Positions 1 to 9,637 are shown, numbered from the stretch's first letter. The stretch: DNA of 64,000 nt from an uncultured bacterium (GCA_950073265.1 CATMPJ010000002.1:2638-66637); one strand, 5' to 3'. Notes: generated from the sequence alone by a model not told the origin. Translations and numbers: made by a program.

Positions 1-47
1 GCGAATCCCATAATTGGCAGTTGGGCTCGCATAAAGAGTTTCTTCAT
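1..47 (-). CDS. 5' end of a gene running off the left edge (MKKLFMRAQLPIMGF...)
   Basis: ATG at 47 on minus strand, open to window edge, preceded by TAAAAT -10-like box. Confidence 0.45.
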   Translation of the reverse strand, partial: MKKLFMRAQLPIMGF

Positions 48-89
48 GGGGTAAATTTTAGCATACAAAACTCTGAAACATCCTTATAG

Positions 90-698
90 CTAAGCCTCGT
101 TCTGTGTAGAGGCAGGCCCTGCTTTCTCTAATGCTTCGGTCCAGTGACGGCGACAGACAGATTCGTATGATTCATTTCCACCCACTTGGTTTTGGGGGCC
201 GACGGCAACTGCCTTTCCGCTAGAATCGTAGCGTAGTGTCATACAGGCCTTGCGACCACAACGGCAAATAGTGCGAATTTCTCGCAACTCATCGGCGATT
301 GCTAACAGAGTTTCTGAGCCGGGGAATAACTCGCCCTTAAAATCAGTGCGCAAGCCGTAACACATAACCGGAATTTTATGCGTATCGACAAACTTGGCCA
401 ATTGCCACACCTGCTCTCGAGTTAGCCACTGTGCCTCATCGATGAGCACCGCGGCGATAGTTTTTGTATCGAGAATATTTTTTAAGCAGGTATACATGTC
501 AGTGTTATCAGAGAATGTTTCGGCTGGCTTTTCAATCCCGACTCGCGAAGCGATAGTGGCAGCACCTTTTCTCGTGTCTAACGCGGCCGTGAAGAGTACG
601 GTTTCCATGTTACGTTCGCCGTAGTTGTGTGCTACTTGGAGGAGAGAAGTAGATTTACCTGCATTCATCGCCGAGTAACTGAAGTAAAGCTTTGACAT
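90..698 (-). CDS. tdk: thymidine kinase
   Basis: YSAMNAGKST P-loop, IDEAQW, YGLRTDF, CRCG and C-terminal CRRH zinc ligands. Confidence 0.96.
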   Translation of the reverse strand: MSKLYFSYSAMNAGKSTSLLQVAHNYGERNMETVLFTAALDTRKGAATIASRVGIEKPAETFSDNTDMYTCLKNILDTKTIAAVLIDEAQWLTREQVWQLAKFVDTHKIPVMCYGLRTDFKGELFPGSETLLAIADELREIRTICRCGRKACMTLRYDSSGKAVAVGPQNQVGGNESYESVCRRHWTEALEKAGPASTQNEA

Positions 699-731
699 AG
701 GATGGATTGTAACACTCGCTAATATACTGAA

Positions 732-1511
732 TTATAAAATAATCTTTTTACCAGGATTCTCTCGTAGGAGAAGATATGCAACAATTCCAGTGTAGTCAGC
801 TATAAAGCCTGGGCTACGAATAGGAAGCAAACTGCTTCCAATCTCGTAAGATTTTTCTAACGCAGCTAGGATACCTTCCTCTAGGTGTTTGTTTGCTTCA
901 GTGTACATTGTTTGCACAATCGGTAGGCCAGAGAGTAGTTCGTTAGTCCAAAGAACGCCACTTTCATAATCGTGAGTCGCTGAAAGGGTGCCGAGTTTTT
1001 CGTAGAAATCATACAGATTCGCTGCCTCGATGTCAGGGAAACTTCGCTTCTTCTCACTCTTACTGCTACTCCAAACAAGACGCAATAGTTTATTTCGATA
1101 AGCAGCGTCTTCAGCACTGCTCTGTCTCAGAATACTTGGTACTGTGCTACACACAGCGCTACCATCACCGTTAGTGAGTAAAGATGAAAGTACGACATGA
1201 AAAAGGGTGGTTATTAGTCCTTGGTTTATGTACTTAGCGCCATTTTGTTGGAGGTTTGTGATAGAGGCCTTTGTAGCAGCAAAAGCCAAATCGAAATATA
1301 GAGCAGGTTGGCTTTTATGCTCATCCACTCTGACAGTAAGTTCATAGAAATAGCGATTAATGTTCACGGCAGCTGCTTGCAAGTGTTGCAATCTGATCGT
1401 TTCGTCTAAATCAACGTTTCTGGTAGTACAGCCGTCTTTTTCGGCAATTGGTTCTAAGACAAGCGCTAAAGTTACTTGTCTGGCAACTTCGTGCGCGTCA
1501 ATTTCTTTCAT
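732..1511 (-). CDS. CitG/MdcB-like (triphosphoribosyl-dephospho-CoA synthase family) protein
   Basis: LE-xxx-EKDG-TTR-D, INQGL and C-terminal SPGFIAD match CitG motifs (LE..PKPG.V.R..D, NTNLG, NPGTTAD); ATG 1511 chosen over TTG 1535 because of TACCAT box 6 nt upstream. Confidence 0.65.
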   Translation of the reverse strand: MKEIDAHEVARQVTLALVLEPIAEKDGCTTRNVDLDETIRLQHLQAAAVNINRYFYELTVRVDEHKSQPALYFDLAFAATKASITNLQQNGAKYINQGLITTLFHVVLSSLLTNGDGSAVCSTVPSILRQSSAEDAAYRNKLLRLVWSSSKSEKKRSFPDIEAANLYDFYEKLGTLSATHDYESGVLWTNELLSGLPIVQTMYTEANKHLEEGILAALEKSYEIGSSLLPIRSPGFIADYTGIVAYLLLRENPGKKIIL

Positions 1512-1592
1512 CTGGTTATGGTAACTTGCTGACAAGAAAACTGCTACTTTTGTTTGAATTTATCAAGACATATGGCACTATAGTGCTCACAT

Positions 1593-1663
1593 TGCCCGAT
1601 CGTCTAGTGGTAGGACGTTGGTTTCTGGCACCAAAAACTGGGGTTCGAATCCCTGTCGGGCAG
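1593..1663 (+). tRNA. tRNA-Gln (anticodon CTG), CCA not encoded
   Basis: Acceptor TGCCCGA/TCGGGCA, anticodon arm TTGGT-TTCTGGC-ACCAA, T-loop GTTCGAATC. Confidence 0.95.
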
Positions 1664-1705
1664 CATCCAAGGGTCAGTCTGATGTTTTAAGATGTCAAAA
1701 TATCT

Positions 1706-1930
1706 TTGATGGCTGATAACAAAAGTAAGCGTGGGAAACCAGATAGTTACCTGATTAGTTTCAAAGAAAGATATGAAGTTGACTATGCGGTAAAACAACT
1801 GCAGAAGCAATTTCCTGCGAAAACTAAAACGGAAGTCAAAAAGGCTCTAACTAAAGCAGCAAGTGAAATTGATCCAAGCAGGGGAAGGGAGAGGGTTATG
1901 AAGGGAGCGAGAAAGCTAATAAAGAAATAG
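1706..1930 (+). CDS. small basic protein, DUF3606-like
   Basis: MADNKSKRGKPD..I...E.YEVDY pattern typical of DUF3606. Confidence 0.6.
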   Translation: MMADNKSKRGKPDSYLISFKERYEVDYAVKQLQKQFPAKTKTEVKKALTKAASEIDPSRGRERVMKGARKLIKK

Positions 1931-1974
1931 TTTTAGGATACGAACTGGCAATCCCGCTTGTTAACTGGTGAGAG

Positions 1975-2002
1975 TTGACAAAATACACAAAAATGTTATT
2001 TT
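1975..2002 (+). promoter_or_regulatory. sigma70-type promoter for DEAD-box helicase
   Basis: TTGACA (1975-1980), 16 nt spacer, extended TGnTATTTT. Confidence 0.5.
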
Positions 2003-2022
2003 TACTGCGCTTTTAATACTGT

Positions 2023-2095
2023 GTGGACATTGAAAGCGGGATGCTTTAACCATCTATATTACTCTCCGCACCCGCGACGAATTTGATTCGTCCAC
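2023..2095 (+). ncRNA. candidate structured 5' leader RNA
   Basis: GTGGAC/GTCCAC, GCGGG-A-TGC/GCACCCGC and GACGAAT/ATTCGTC helices. Confidence 0.45.
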
Positions 2096-2110
2096 TAAAA
2101 CCTAAAACTA

Positions 2111-3346
2111 ATGCAAGAAAAAAATACTCACGGTACGCGTTCGCGCGCCCGCCGTTCTCATCGTGGTGACGACAGTCGTCCACGTAGTCGTCGACCACAC
2201 AACGCTGGTCGCTCTTCTGGTCGTGGTGGCAAACGCAAACAGCCAACCTTTGACCCATCACAATTTATTAATAAAAATCCGGTCACAGTAACGGAAGAGG
2301 CGTACGTGCCAAAACATGCTTTTGAAGATTTTAAGATTGATGGTCGTCTCAAGGAAACGCTTTCGAACATGGGATTTACTGAGCCATCACCAATTCAAGA
2401 TCAAGCTATCCCAGAGATTCTGGCTCGTAAAGATGTAGTTGGGTTAGCTGAAACCGGAACCGGGAAGACAGCTGCTTTCTTGATTCCTCTAATTGAACTA
2501 CGGAAGAAAAATCAGAAAGGAGTCACACTTGTTTTGACGCCGACTCGTGAATTGGCAATCCAGGTAGATAGTGAGCTTCGTAAACTGGCAAAGAATTTCC
2601 GCTTTTTCTCAACCGTTTGTGTAGGTGGTGTCGGGATTTATGGTCAGATCAAGCAACTGCGTCGCAGGAATCACTTTATAATCGGGACTCCCGGTCGAGT
2701 GAAAGATTTGATGGATCGCGGCATGATACCAGCTGAGCGGATTGATTCAGTGGTGCTCGATGAGGCCGATCGCATGCTCGACATGGGCTTCATTCACGAC
2801 ATGCGGACTATTCTCGGTGAATTGCCACCGGAACGACACACTCTCTTCTTCTCAGCCACCATGGACGACAAGACCAAAGGACTTATTCACGACTTTATGA
2901 AAAAGCCAGTCGTCATCTCAGTGAAGAAAAAAGAAGTGACGGACAGTATCGAACAAGATGTGGTTCACTACGATACTCGGCATAAGTACGATACGTTGCT
3001 AGCGCTTTTGTCGAAGCCAGAGTTTTCTCGGGTGATTATTTTTGGTGCAATGAAGCATAGTGTCGATCGACTTGGTAAAGAACTTACTTTAAGTGGTATT
3101 AAGGCCGAGTCGATTCACGGGAATAAGAACCACAACCAGCGTCAGCAATCACTTAATCGCTTTAAGAGCGGCAACGCCCGTGTCTTGGTGGCGACCGATG
3201 TGGCGGCACGAGGTATCCATGTCGATAACGTATCGCACGTCATTAACTACGATTTGCCAGGTACATTTGAAGACTACGTGCACCGTATTGGCCGCACCGG
3301 TCGCGGTGATCAGCGAGGAAAGGCACTTACCTTTGTTGCACAATAA
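2111..3346 (+). CDS. DEAD-box ATP-dependent RNA helicase (RhlE/CshA-like)
   Basis: Q motif, AETGTGKT, PTRELA, TPGR, DEAD, SAT, ARGI, HRIGRTGR. Confidence 0.96.
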   Translation: MQEKNTHGTRSRARRSHRGDDSRPRSRRPHNAGRSSGRGGKRKQPTFDPSQFINKNPVTVTEEAYVPKHAFEDFKIDGRLKETLSNMGFTEPSPIQDQAIPEILARKDVVGLAETGTGKTAAFLIPLIELRKKNQKGVTLVLTPTRELAIQVDSELRKLAKNFRFFSTVCVGGVGIYGQIKQLRRRNHFIIGTPGRVKDLMDRGMIPAERIDSVVLDEADRMLDMGFIHDMRTILGELPPERHTLFFSATMDDKTKGLIHDFMKKPVVISVKKKEVTDSIEQDVVHYDTRHKYDTLLALLSKPEFSRVIIFGAMKHSVDRLGKELTLSGIKAESIHGNKNHNQRQQSLNRFKSGNARVLVATDVAARGIHVDNVSHVINYDLPGTFEDYVHRIGRTGRGDQRGKALTFVAQ

Positions 3347-3435
3347 GGAAATAAAAAACAAGATTTATCTGTGATTTTTACTCAAGTCCGGTCTGTGGTA
3401 TCGTAAGTAAATAAGAGTAATAAGCATTTTAAGTT

Positions 3436-3837
3436 ATGAAACAAGGATTTAAAGCAGGGGTAGCTCAGGCTGTCCACGCCCAAACGAACTTTCGACATGT
3501 TCTGTACACCGGTTCATACATGCAATTGGTAGCAATGACATTACCAGCTGGTACAGATATCGGAGAAGAGGTACACGAAGGACACGACCAATTTTTCCGG
3601 ATTGAGAGTGGCCAAGGAAAAGTTTTGATTGACGAAACTACCTACGAGGTTACTGCTGGGGACTTAATTATTGTGCCGTCAGGAGCAAATCATAATGTTA
3701 CTAATACGTCCGAAGACGATGCATTGGTGTTGTATACCATATACGCACCTCCAGAACACGCTGAAGGGACAACTCACCCTACAAAAGCGGAAGCTGAAGC
3801 CGATGATGAACATTTTGATGGCCGAACGACTGAGTAG
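3436..3837 (+). CDS. cupin domain protein
   Basis: GEEVH..HDQFF..E.G, VP.G..HNV.N, YAPPEH cupin motifs. Confidence 0.88.
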   Translation: MKQGFKAGVAQAVHAQTNFRHVLYTGSYMQLVAMTLPAGTDIGEEVHEGHDQFFRIESGQGKVLIDETTYEVTAGDLIIVPSGANHNVTNTSEDDALVLYTIYAPPEHAEGTTHPTKAEAEADDEHFDGRTTE

Positions 3838-3846
3838 TTACTAGGT

Positions 3847-3877
3847 AAAAGCCGCGCCCCGGAGGGGCGCGGCTTTT
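3847..3877 (+). terminator. intrinsic terminator
   Basis: AAAAGCCGCGCCCC-GGA-GGGGCGCGGCTTTT perfect inverted repeat. Confidence 0.85.
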
Positions 3878-3894
3878 ATTGCTATACTTGCAGC

Positions 3895-5112
3895 ATGTCT
3901 AAAGACGATGAAGTGCAGAATAGAAGGATTCATGTCATTGCGCTGGCATTTACGAAAACAGGTGATGGTTTAGTGGATCCGAAAATTATCTTGGCTTGGC
4001 TTATGACATACGTCGGAGCATCAGCCGGATTGATCGGACTTTTAGTGCCAGTTCGCGAAGCTGGCGCTTTACTGCCACAGCTTTTCACTGCAGCTAAGCT
4101 CCGTAACTTTCCCATTAGGAAGTGGTGGTGGGTCATTGGCTCTCTTGTACAGTCTATGGCTGTGCTTATGATTGCGCTTAGCGGTCTGTTTCTCACCGGT
4201 CAGGTAGCCGGAATTGCAATAGTCGAAGCTGTTACGGTGTTTGCGTTAGCTCGTAGCATCTCCTCTGTTAGCTATAAAGACGTACTTGGAAAAACAGTTA
4301 TAAAAAATTCACGTGGTGTCACTACCGGTACAGCTGCTTCTATTGCTGCGTTCGGAATTTTGCTTTTTGGTTTTTTGCTTTTATTTGAAGTTATTGATCG
4401 GCTCCAGCTGGTTCTCGGCGCATTATTTATGGCTGCTTTATTTTGGTTATCAGCTGGCATTGTGTTCTCTCGTCTTAACGAAGAGCCGAGCCGACGCACT
4501 GACAGTACTCAACAATCAATATGGAAAACATACATACACCATCTAATCTCCGATAGAGAATTACAAAAATTTTTATTAGTACGTGCTTTACTCACTGCAA
4601 CTGCAGTAGCTCCACCGTTCTTGCTCTTACTTGCCGGTGACACCGGTTCTGGCGTCTTGTCTCAATTGGGTGCTTTAGTGATTGCGTCATCTTTTGCAAC
4701 GTTTGTGTCTGGGCGAATTTGGGGTCAGCTGGCAGACTACTCAACGGCAGTAGTTTTGGCTGGTTGCGGCTTGCTTGGAGGTGCATTTCTTTCTTTAGGG
4801 TTAGTGGGTGCAGCTATTGGTTGGTTTGAGACTGTATGGTTTCTACCGCTGCTTATATTTGTGTTTATGGTTTCATACCAAGGTGTTCGCATCGCGCGGA
4901 CCATCCACTTAGTGAATTTAGCTAATGAAGACACCCGCGCCGCCTATACGGCTATTTCGAACACCATTATCGGAATTGTGTTATTGGCAACGGGACTGTA
5001 TGGCTTGTTAGCTGAGGTGACTAGTGTTTCAGTGGTTTTGGGTGTATTGTCAGTAATGAGCCTGCTTGGCGGTCTTCTGGCGTTTAGACTCAGGTTACCA
5101 AAAGAATTGTAA
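3895..5112 (+). CDS. MFS transporter
   Basis: ~12 hydrophobic segments; TKTGDG..DPK, VPVREAGALLPQ, WGQLAD MFS motifs. Confidence 0.85.
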   Translation: MSKDDEVQNRRIHVIALAFTKTGDGLVDPKIILAWLMTYVGASAGLIGLLVPVREAGALLPQLFTAAKLRNFPIRKWWWVIGSLVQSMAVLMIALSGLFLTGQVAGIAIVEAVTVFALARSISSVSYKDVLGKTVIKNSRGVTTGTAASIAAFGILLFGFLLLFEVIDRLQLVLGALFMAALFWLSAGIVFSRLNEEPSRRTDSTQQSIWKTYIHHLISDRELQKFLLVRALLTATAVAPPFLLLLAGDTGSGVLSQLGALVIASSFATFVSGRIWGQLADYSTAVVLAGCGLLGGAFLSLGLVGAAIGWFETVWFLPLLIFVFMVSYQGVRIARTIHLVNLANEDTRAAYTAISNTIIGIVLLATGLYGLLAEVTSVSVVLGVLSVMSLLGGLLAFRLRLPKEL

Positions 5113-5184
5113 AATGTATCACGCGCACAACGCGTTGTACGTAACAGTTAAGTAATAGCAGGGTTGTATAAATAATATAAATCT

Positions 5185-5913
5185 ATGTCTAAAAAGACTT
5201 TCTTAGCCATAATTCTCGGTCTCCTAGTTATAGGAGGAGGAGTGTACTACTACAGCAATACCGCTGACGAGTTTGAGGTGACGGTGCTTGATGAGGTTTC
5301 CGAACTTGAAATGGAGCTCGCGGTACTTGATGCCCAAGTTGCTTCAGGTGAGCTTACGCCTGAAGCGGCGACGGTTGCACGAGCAAACATTATTACCAAA
5401 CTTGAGTACATTAACACTCAGATGAATGCTTCAAGCCAAGTAACACTTTCGTCTTCTCAAAAAGCACAAGTTGCTGAGGCGCTGACTCGTTTGAGGACGG
5501 TCCTCGTTCGTTATAGTGCTACTCTTGACTCGGTTGATGCAATTGCAGCAAAAGACTCCAGAACAGTAAAAAGTTCTCGCAGCTTGAATAGCCATTTCCT
5601 GGACACAGTAACGGCTAGTGAAACCGCTGCTGCTGAAGCAGAGGTGGAAGTGGAAGCTGACATGGAGACAGAAACTGCCTTAGATATGGTCGAAATGTCT
5701 GCAGCAGAAACGGTCGCTGAAGTGGAAGCCGAAGTGATGATGGAAGACATGATGTCTGAAGATGAAAACGCATCTACTACAGAGGATGGCACAGCATCAA
5801 CAACTGACGAAACAACTGAGGATGATCAAGCGATGGATGAAGATGACACTATTATGATTGATAGTTCAACTTCAGTAGAAGCGGACACTACAGCTGAGTC
5901 AGAGGCACAATAA
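5185..5913 (+). CDS. hypothetical membrane-anchored protein with acidic low-complexity tail
   Basis: N-terminal TM, helical middle, E/D/T-rich C-terminus. Confidence 0.75.
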   Translation: MSKKTFLAIILGLLVIGGGVYYYSNTADEFEVTVLDEVSELEMELAVLDAQVASGELTPEAATVARANIITKLEYINTQMNASSQVTLSSSQKAQVAEALTRLRTVLVRYSATLDSVDAIAAKDSRTVKSSRSLNSHFLDTVTASETAAAEAEVEVEADMETETALDMVEMSAAETVAEVEAEVMMEDMMSEDENASTTEDGTASTTDETTEDDQAMDEDDTIMIDSSTSVEADTTAESEAQ

Positions 5914-5927
5914 AGCTAACTTCATTG

Positions 5928-5955
5928 AAAAATAGCCACGATAGTGGCTATTTTT
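5928..5955 (+). terminator. intrinsic terminator
   Basis: AAAAATAGCCAC-GATA-GTGGCTATTTTT. Confidence 0.8.
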
Positions 5956-6011
5956 ATTTAGTTGTTAGGCGCAATGCTATACTATTTTGAAATTACACAT
6001 AACATTGTTAT

Positions 6012-6764
6012 ATGAGCGAACAAAGAAATACCCAGAATAATGAATCTTCATTGCTAAGAGATTTGTCTATTCCAATTGCTATTGTGATTGCGGGAGCGTT
6101 TATCGGAATTGGTCTTTTTATGTCTGGCCAAACAAACAACAATGCACAAAACGGCGCCACCGCAGCACCTTCTGGTACGGGAGATACGCGTCCGGATATC
6201 TCTGAACTTATCCCACAGTTGGTGACAGAAGCTGGGGTTGATAGAGACGCATTCCAGTCATGTTTTGACAGCGATCAGACTGCACCTTTGGTCCAAGAAG
6301 ATATCGATAACGCAGTTGCGACCGGCGGGCAGGGAACACCATGGAGTATCGTGGTTGGGCCTTCAGGAAAAACATACCCACTCAACGGTGCTGTACCCAT
6401 TACTGAAATTGAACGAGTTGTGGCATTGGCCCGAGCCGAAGCGGGGCAGGGTCCTGCTGGTACTGAGACTGACGCAGTAACACCGGTAACTGAAGATGAT
6501 CACCTAAAGGGAAATGCCAATGCCTCAGTTACCATTATTGAGTATTCTGATTACGATTGTCCATTCTGTAGCCGATTCCACATGAGCATGAATTCGGTGG
6601 TGGCAGAGGACGCTGATCTTGCATGGGTGTATCGCCATATGCCACTAGAACAATTACACCCAAATGCTCCCGCAATTGCACGAGCTGCTGAATGTGTTGC
6701 AGAGCTTGGGGGTGATGATGCGTTTTGGACCTTCACCGACGGCTACTTCGAAGCGACTTCTTAG
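6012..6764 (+). CDS. DsbA-family thiol-disulfide oxidoreductase, circularly permuted
   Basis: N-terminal TM; cis-Pro half (GGQGTPW...LNGAVP) precedes CXXC half (EYSDYDCPFC...YRHMPL). Confidence 0.85.
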   Translation: MSEQRNTQNNESSLLRDLSIPIAIVIAGAFIGIGLFMSGQTNNNAQNGATAAPSGTGDTRPDISELIPQLVTEAGVDRDAFQSCFDSDQTAPLVQEDIDNAVATGGQGTPWSIVVGPSGKTYPLNGAVPITEIERVVALARAEAGQGPAGTETDAVTPVTEDDHLKGNANASVTIIEYSDYDCPFCSRFHMSMNSVVAEDADLAWVYRHMPLEQLHPNAPAIARAAECVAELGGDDAFWTFTDGYFEATS

Positions 6765-6783
6765 TAACTTACGTACAAAATTA

Positions 6784-7791
6784 CTATCGGCCACGCCCAA
6801 ACGTGGTTTTTAGTTTTGCTACGTGCTCTTCGTACGTGTTGGAGCAATGGTACGAGCCATTGTTAGAGTGAAAATAGTATAAGCAATCGGTAGGAATAGG
6901 ATTGAGAGCTGCCAGTACGGCATCGCTGCTCGGATTTGCGATTGGTCCTGGAGGTAACCCGGCGTTGCTATAGGTATTATAGGGAGAATTAATATACTTA
7001 TCAGAAGGCACCGGCGCCAGCCACCAGTCTTTTGCTGTTGTTTGATTTGCCCGAGCGTATTGCAATGTTGCGTCCAGTTGTAGGGGCATCCCGATAAACA
7101 GTCGGTTCCAAATAACACCGGCAACCTCTCGCATGTTTTCAAAATTACCAGCCTCCCGTTCAAGCAATGAGGCAATAATCATGGCGTCTTCAAATGGTAC
7201 CTGAGCAGCAACATCTGGAGTGTATCGATTTAAAATCTCATTTTCAAACTGGGTTAAAATAACATCAGCCATTTCCTCTGGTGACGCATCACGATGTGTA
7301 ACGTACTGTCCGGGATAAAATTTTCCTTCCTCCAGGACCGGATTTTTCTCAGTAATTAATTCAATGAAGCGAGTTCTTTCTTCAAGATTCCATCCAAGAA
7401 TATTACCAATATGAGTCGCGGCTTCTTCTTTCCGTTCCCCCGGCCAAATAACAACAATACGACTTACCGGAGAGGCCAGGTTTTGATACCAGCCTTTCTC
7501 AGAAAATACAGCGATAATTTTCTCCCACCACGTTCGCGTTTCAGTGTTATCAGCAAGCCCATTGCTTGGGAAAACATTAATACTGCCAGTGTCTAAGATA
7601 ACTCCCGCGGCTGGGTTCACACTGACTGGAAAAGGGGTCACTGTTTCATCATTGCCGGCCACCGTTATGACTGGTCGATCGTAAACGTATATTTTAGATT
7701 TTATCAATAGCATTACTGCAGCTGTCGAAGCAATCACTACTACTAAGGACGAAACATAAATTAATCGAATGAGCGTTCGGTGGTTGTACAT
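6784..7791 (-). CDS. mltG: endolytic transglycosylase MltG
   Basis: ASLLERE, NRL..GMPLQLDAT, SPYNTY..GLPPGPIANP, F.Y..H motifs; N-terminal TM. Confidence 0.9.
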   Translation of the reverse strand: MYNHRTLIRLIYVSSLVVVIASTAAVMLLIKSKIYVYDRPVITVAGNDETVTPFPVSVNPAAGVILDTGSINVFPSNGLADNTETRTWWEKIIAVFSEKGWYQNLASPVSRIVVIWPGERKEEAATHIGNILGWNLEERTRFIELITEKNPVLEEGKFYPGQYVTHRDASPEEMADVILTQFENEILNRYTPDVAAQVPFEDAMIIASLLEREAGNFENMREVAGVIWNRLFIGMPLQLDATLQYARANQTTAKDWWLAPVPSDKYINSPYNTYSNAGLPPGPIANPSSDAVLAALNPIPTDCLYYFHSNNGSYHCSNTYEEHVAKLKTTFGRGR

Positions 7792-7851
7792 GCTGTTATT
7801 ATGACACAATGTTATGGGTTTTGATGGACAATAGACGATATACTATTGAAT

Positions 7852-8442
7852 ATGTCTTATCGATTTAAAATAATTGCCTTTTGTTTACTAATACTAGTGG
7901 GTGCAGCTGCCATTTTTGCTTGGGTAGTGATCGACAATGATTCAATCGACAATGACTCCTCATTCGATATTAATTCGGAGTCTACAAGTACGTCAGCTTC
8001 GGACGAGGTTAGTACAGGCGTCTCTACATTCAAGGACCTTCTTTCCATTCCAGAATCAATGGAGTGTACGATTACGTACCAAAATGAAATTGCTAATAAG
8101 GCAGTCTATGGCAACTTGTTCACTAAAGGGGGAAAGGTGCGTGGGGATTTTGTACAGACAGATACCGAGCTTGGCACCATCGTCACGACGTACATTATCA
8201 CGGACTCATCTCTGCATGTCTGGTCAGAGATTGACGGCGTCAACTATGGAGCTCGTTACGACATTGGTTTGATTGAATCTGCTAATTTACCAATCTCTCA
8301 AAATGAAAATGTACGTTATAGTTGTATGAATTGGACACAAACCGATGATTCTATGTTTGAGCCACCTGCCGACATTCTGTTTAAAAATGCTGCTGAAGCG
8401 AATGTTGAATACGGCACTGTTTATGAGGAAGGAGAGTTTTAA
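7852..8442 (+). CDS. hypothetical membrane-anchored protein
   Basis: N-terminal TM, two Cys, beta-rich extracellular domain. Confidence 0.7.
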   Translation: MSYRFKIIAFCLLILVGAAAIFAWVVIDNDSIDNDSSFDINSESTSTSASDEVSTGVSTFKDLLSIPESMECTITYQNEIANKAVYGNLFTKGGKVRGDFVQTDTELGTIVTTYIITDSSLHVWSEIDGVNYGARYDIGLIESANLPISQNENVRYSCMNWTQTDDSMFEPPADILFKNAAEANVEYGTVYEEGEF

Positions 8443-8451
8443 TTCTTTACG

Positions 8452-8805
8452 CTAGAGACGATTCAATAGCAATACCACCAGCACAAGCAAAGCAAATCCA
8501 GCTGCTAACAGCACTGCACCGGCAGCCATATCTTTACTGCGCATAATTTGCTCATGTTTTTCGGGATGAAGCCTATCTAAGGCTGCTTCAATTGCGGAAT
8601 TTTGTAACTCCGTTATCAATATAAGTATGGCAGCTACCGCTAGAAATAAAAACTCATACCTATCTAGTGGAGCAAAAAAGTACAAGATAAAAACTGCGAG
8701 TACCACTGCGCTATACCACTGGGTACGAAAACCGAAATCGTGTCTAATGGCATACAAGATACCCCGAAGTGCATGTGGTAGGCGAGAAAGATAACGTTTT
8801 ATCAT
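8452..8805 (-). CDS. dgkA: diacylglycerol/undecaprenol kinase (DgkA family)
   Basis: ELQNSAIE..D, KDMAAGAV, three TMs. Confidence 0.88.
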   Translation of the reverse strand: MIKRYLSRLPHALRGILYAIRHDFGFRTQWYSAVVLAVFILYFFAPLDRYEFLFLAVAAILILITELQNSAIEAALDRLHPEKHEQIMRSKDMAAGAVLLAAGFALLVLVVLLLNRL

Positions 8806-8822
8806 ATGTGCAGTATAGCAAT

Positions 8823-9554
8823 TTAGCGATAGTCTTTTTCAGCGTAGACAGAGATTGTTCGTCTTTTTCCGCTGCGTCCTTTGTGTCGATGTGATCTATC
8901 AACTTTATGAATGATGAATTTTTCTCTCAAGAAAGCGATTAGTTCGGCTTCAGAATACACAAACTCGGGAACTCCCATAACCGGATGAATGTAGGTTCCT
9001 GGTTCCTCACCGGGGTGTTCTTTTAGAAGTCTGGCGGTGTGGCTGTCGTCGTCCTTAAGAAAAGTTTTCATAAATAACCAACCACCCGGTTTCAAGATTC
9101 GATGCAGCTCATCACGCAGCGCAGTGCGTTCACTGCTGTTTAAAAAATGTGAAGTCATCATGTCTAATGCCACGTCCTGACTTGCATCTTCCGCTGGTAG
9201 TGGTTCACCGGTGTTGCCGAGATGAAAGCTGATTGGCATCTTTTGCGCGGCTTTTTTTGCCTGCGCAATAGCGGCAGAAGAAATATCTACCCCAATACCG
9301 CGCATGTTGTACGCCTGTGCTAGGTAAATAAGGTTACGACCGTTACCACAGCCGGCATCAAAGGCTTTGTTGCCTTGTAGAAAGACTCGCTCTAATTTCT
9401 TTTGGCGTTCATGCCAGCGGATAAACTTCTCTAAATCAGCGCTTACTGCATCGGAAAGCTTTAGGTGGGCGGGGTTGGTGTACTCTTGGTCCCAAAAAGC
9501 AGCACCGTGCACTTTCTTCTTCTTGTGTTTGGTAAAGTTAGGTTTTCGCGCCAT
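8823..9554 (-). CDS. class I SAM-dependent methyltransferase
   Basis: DAGCGNGRN motif I, GVDIS, LKPGG. Confidence 0.88.
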   Translation of the reverse strand: MARKPNFTKHKKKKVHGAAFWDQEYTNPAHLKLSDAVSADLEKFIRWHERQKKLERVFLQGNKAFDAGCGNGRNLIYLAQAYNMRGIGVDISSAAIAQAKKAAQKMPISFHLGNTGEPLPAEDASQDVALDMMTSHFLNSSERTALRDELHRILKPGGWLFMKTFLKDDDSHTARLLKEHPGEEPGTYIHPVMGVPEFVYSEAELIAFLREKFIIHKVDRSHRHKGRSGKRRTISVYAEKDYR

Positions 9555-9637
9555 ATGTAATAATTATGAGGCTACGTCATTTTGCGATAGTTGTCTACAG
9601 TTCGATTGTCTTTCTTTGTGTGCTACACTTCTTTCAT

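Noticed and set aside
1575-1586. Perfect palindrome GCACTATAGTGC before tRNA-Gln
   Set aside because: Coincides with the tRNA -10 box (TATAGT); no other copies noticed
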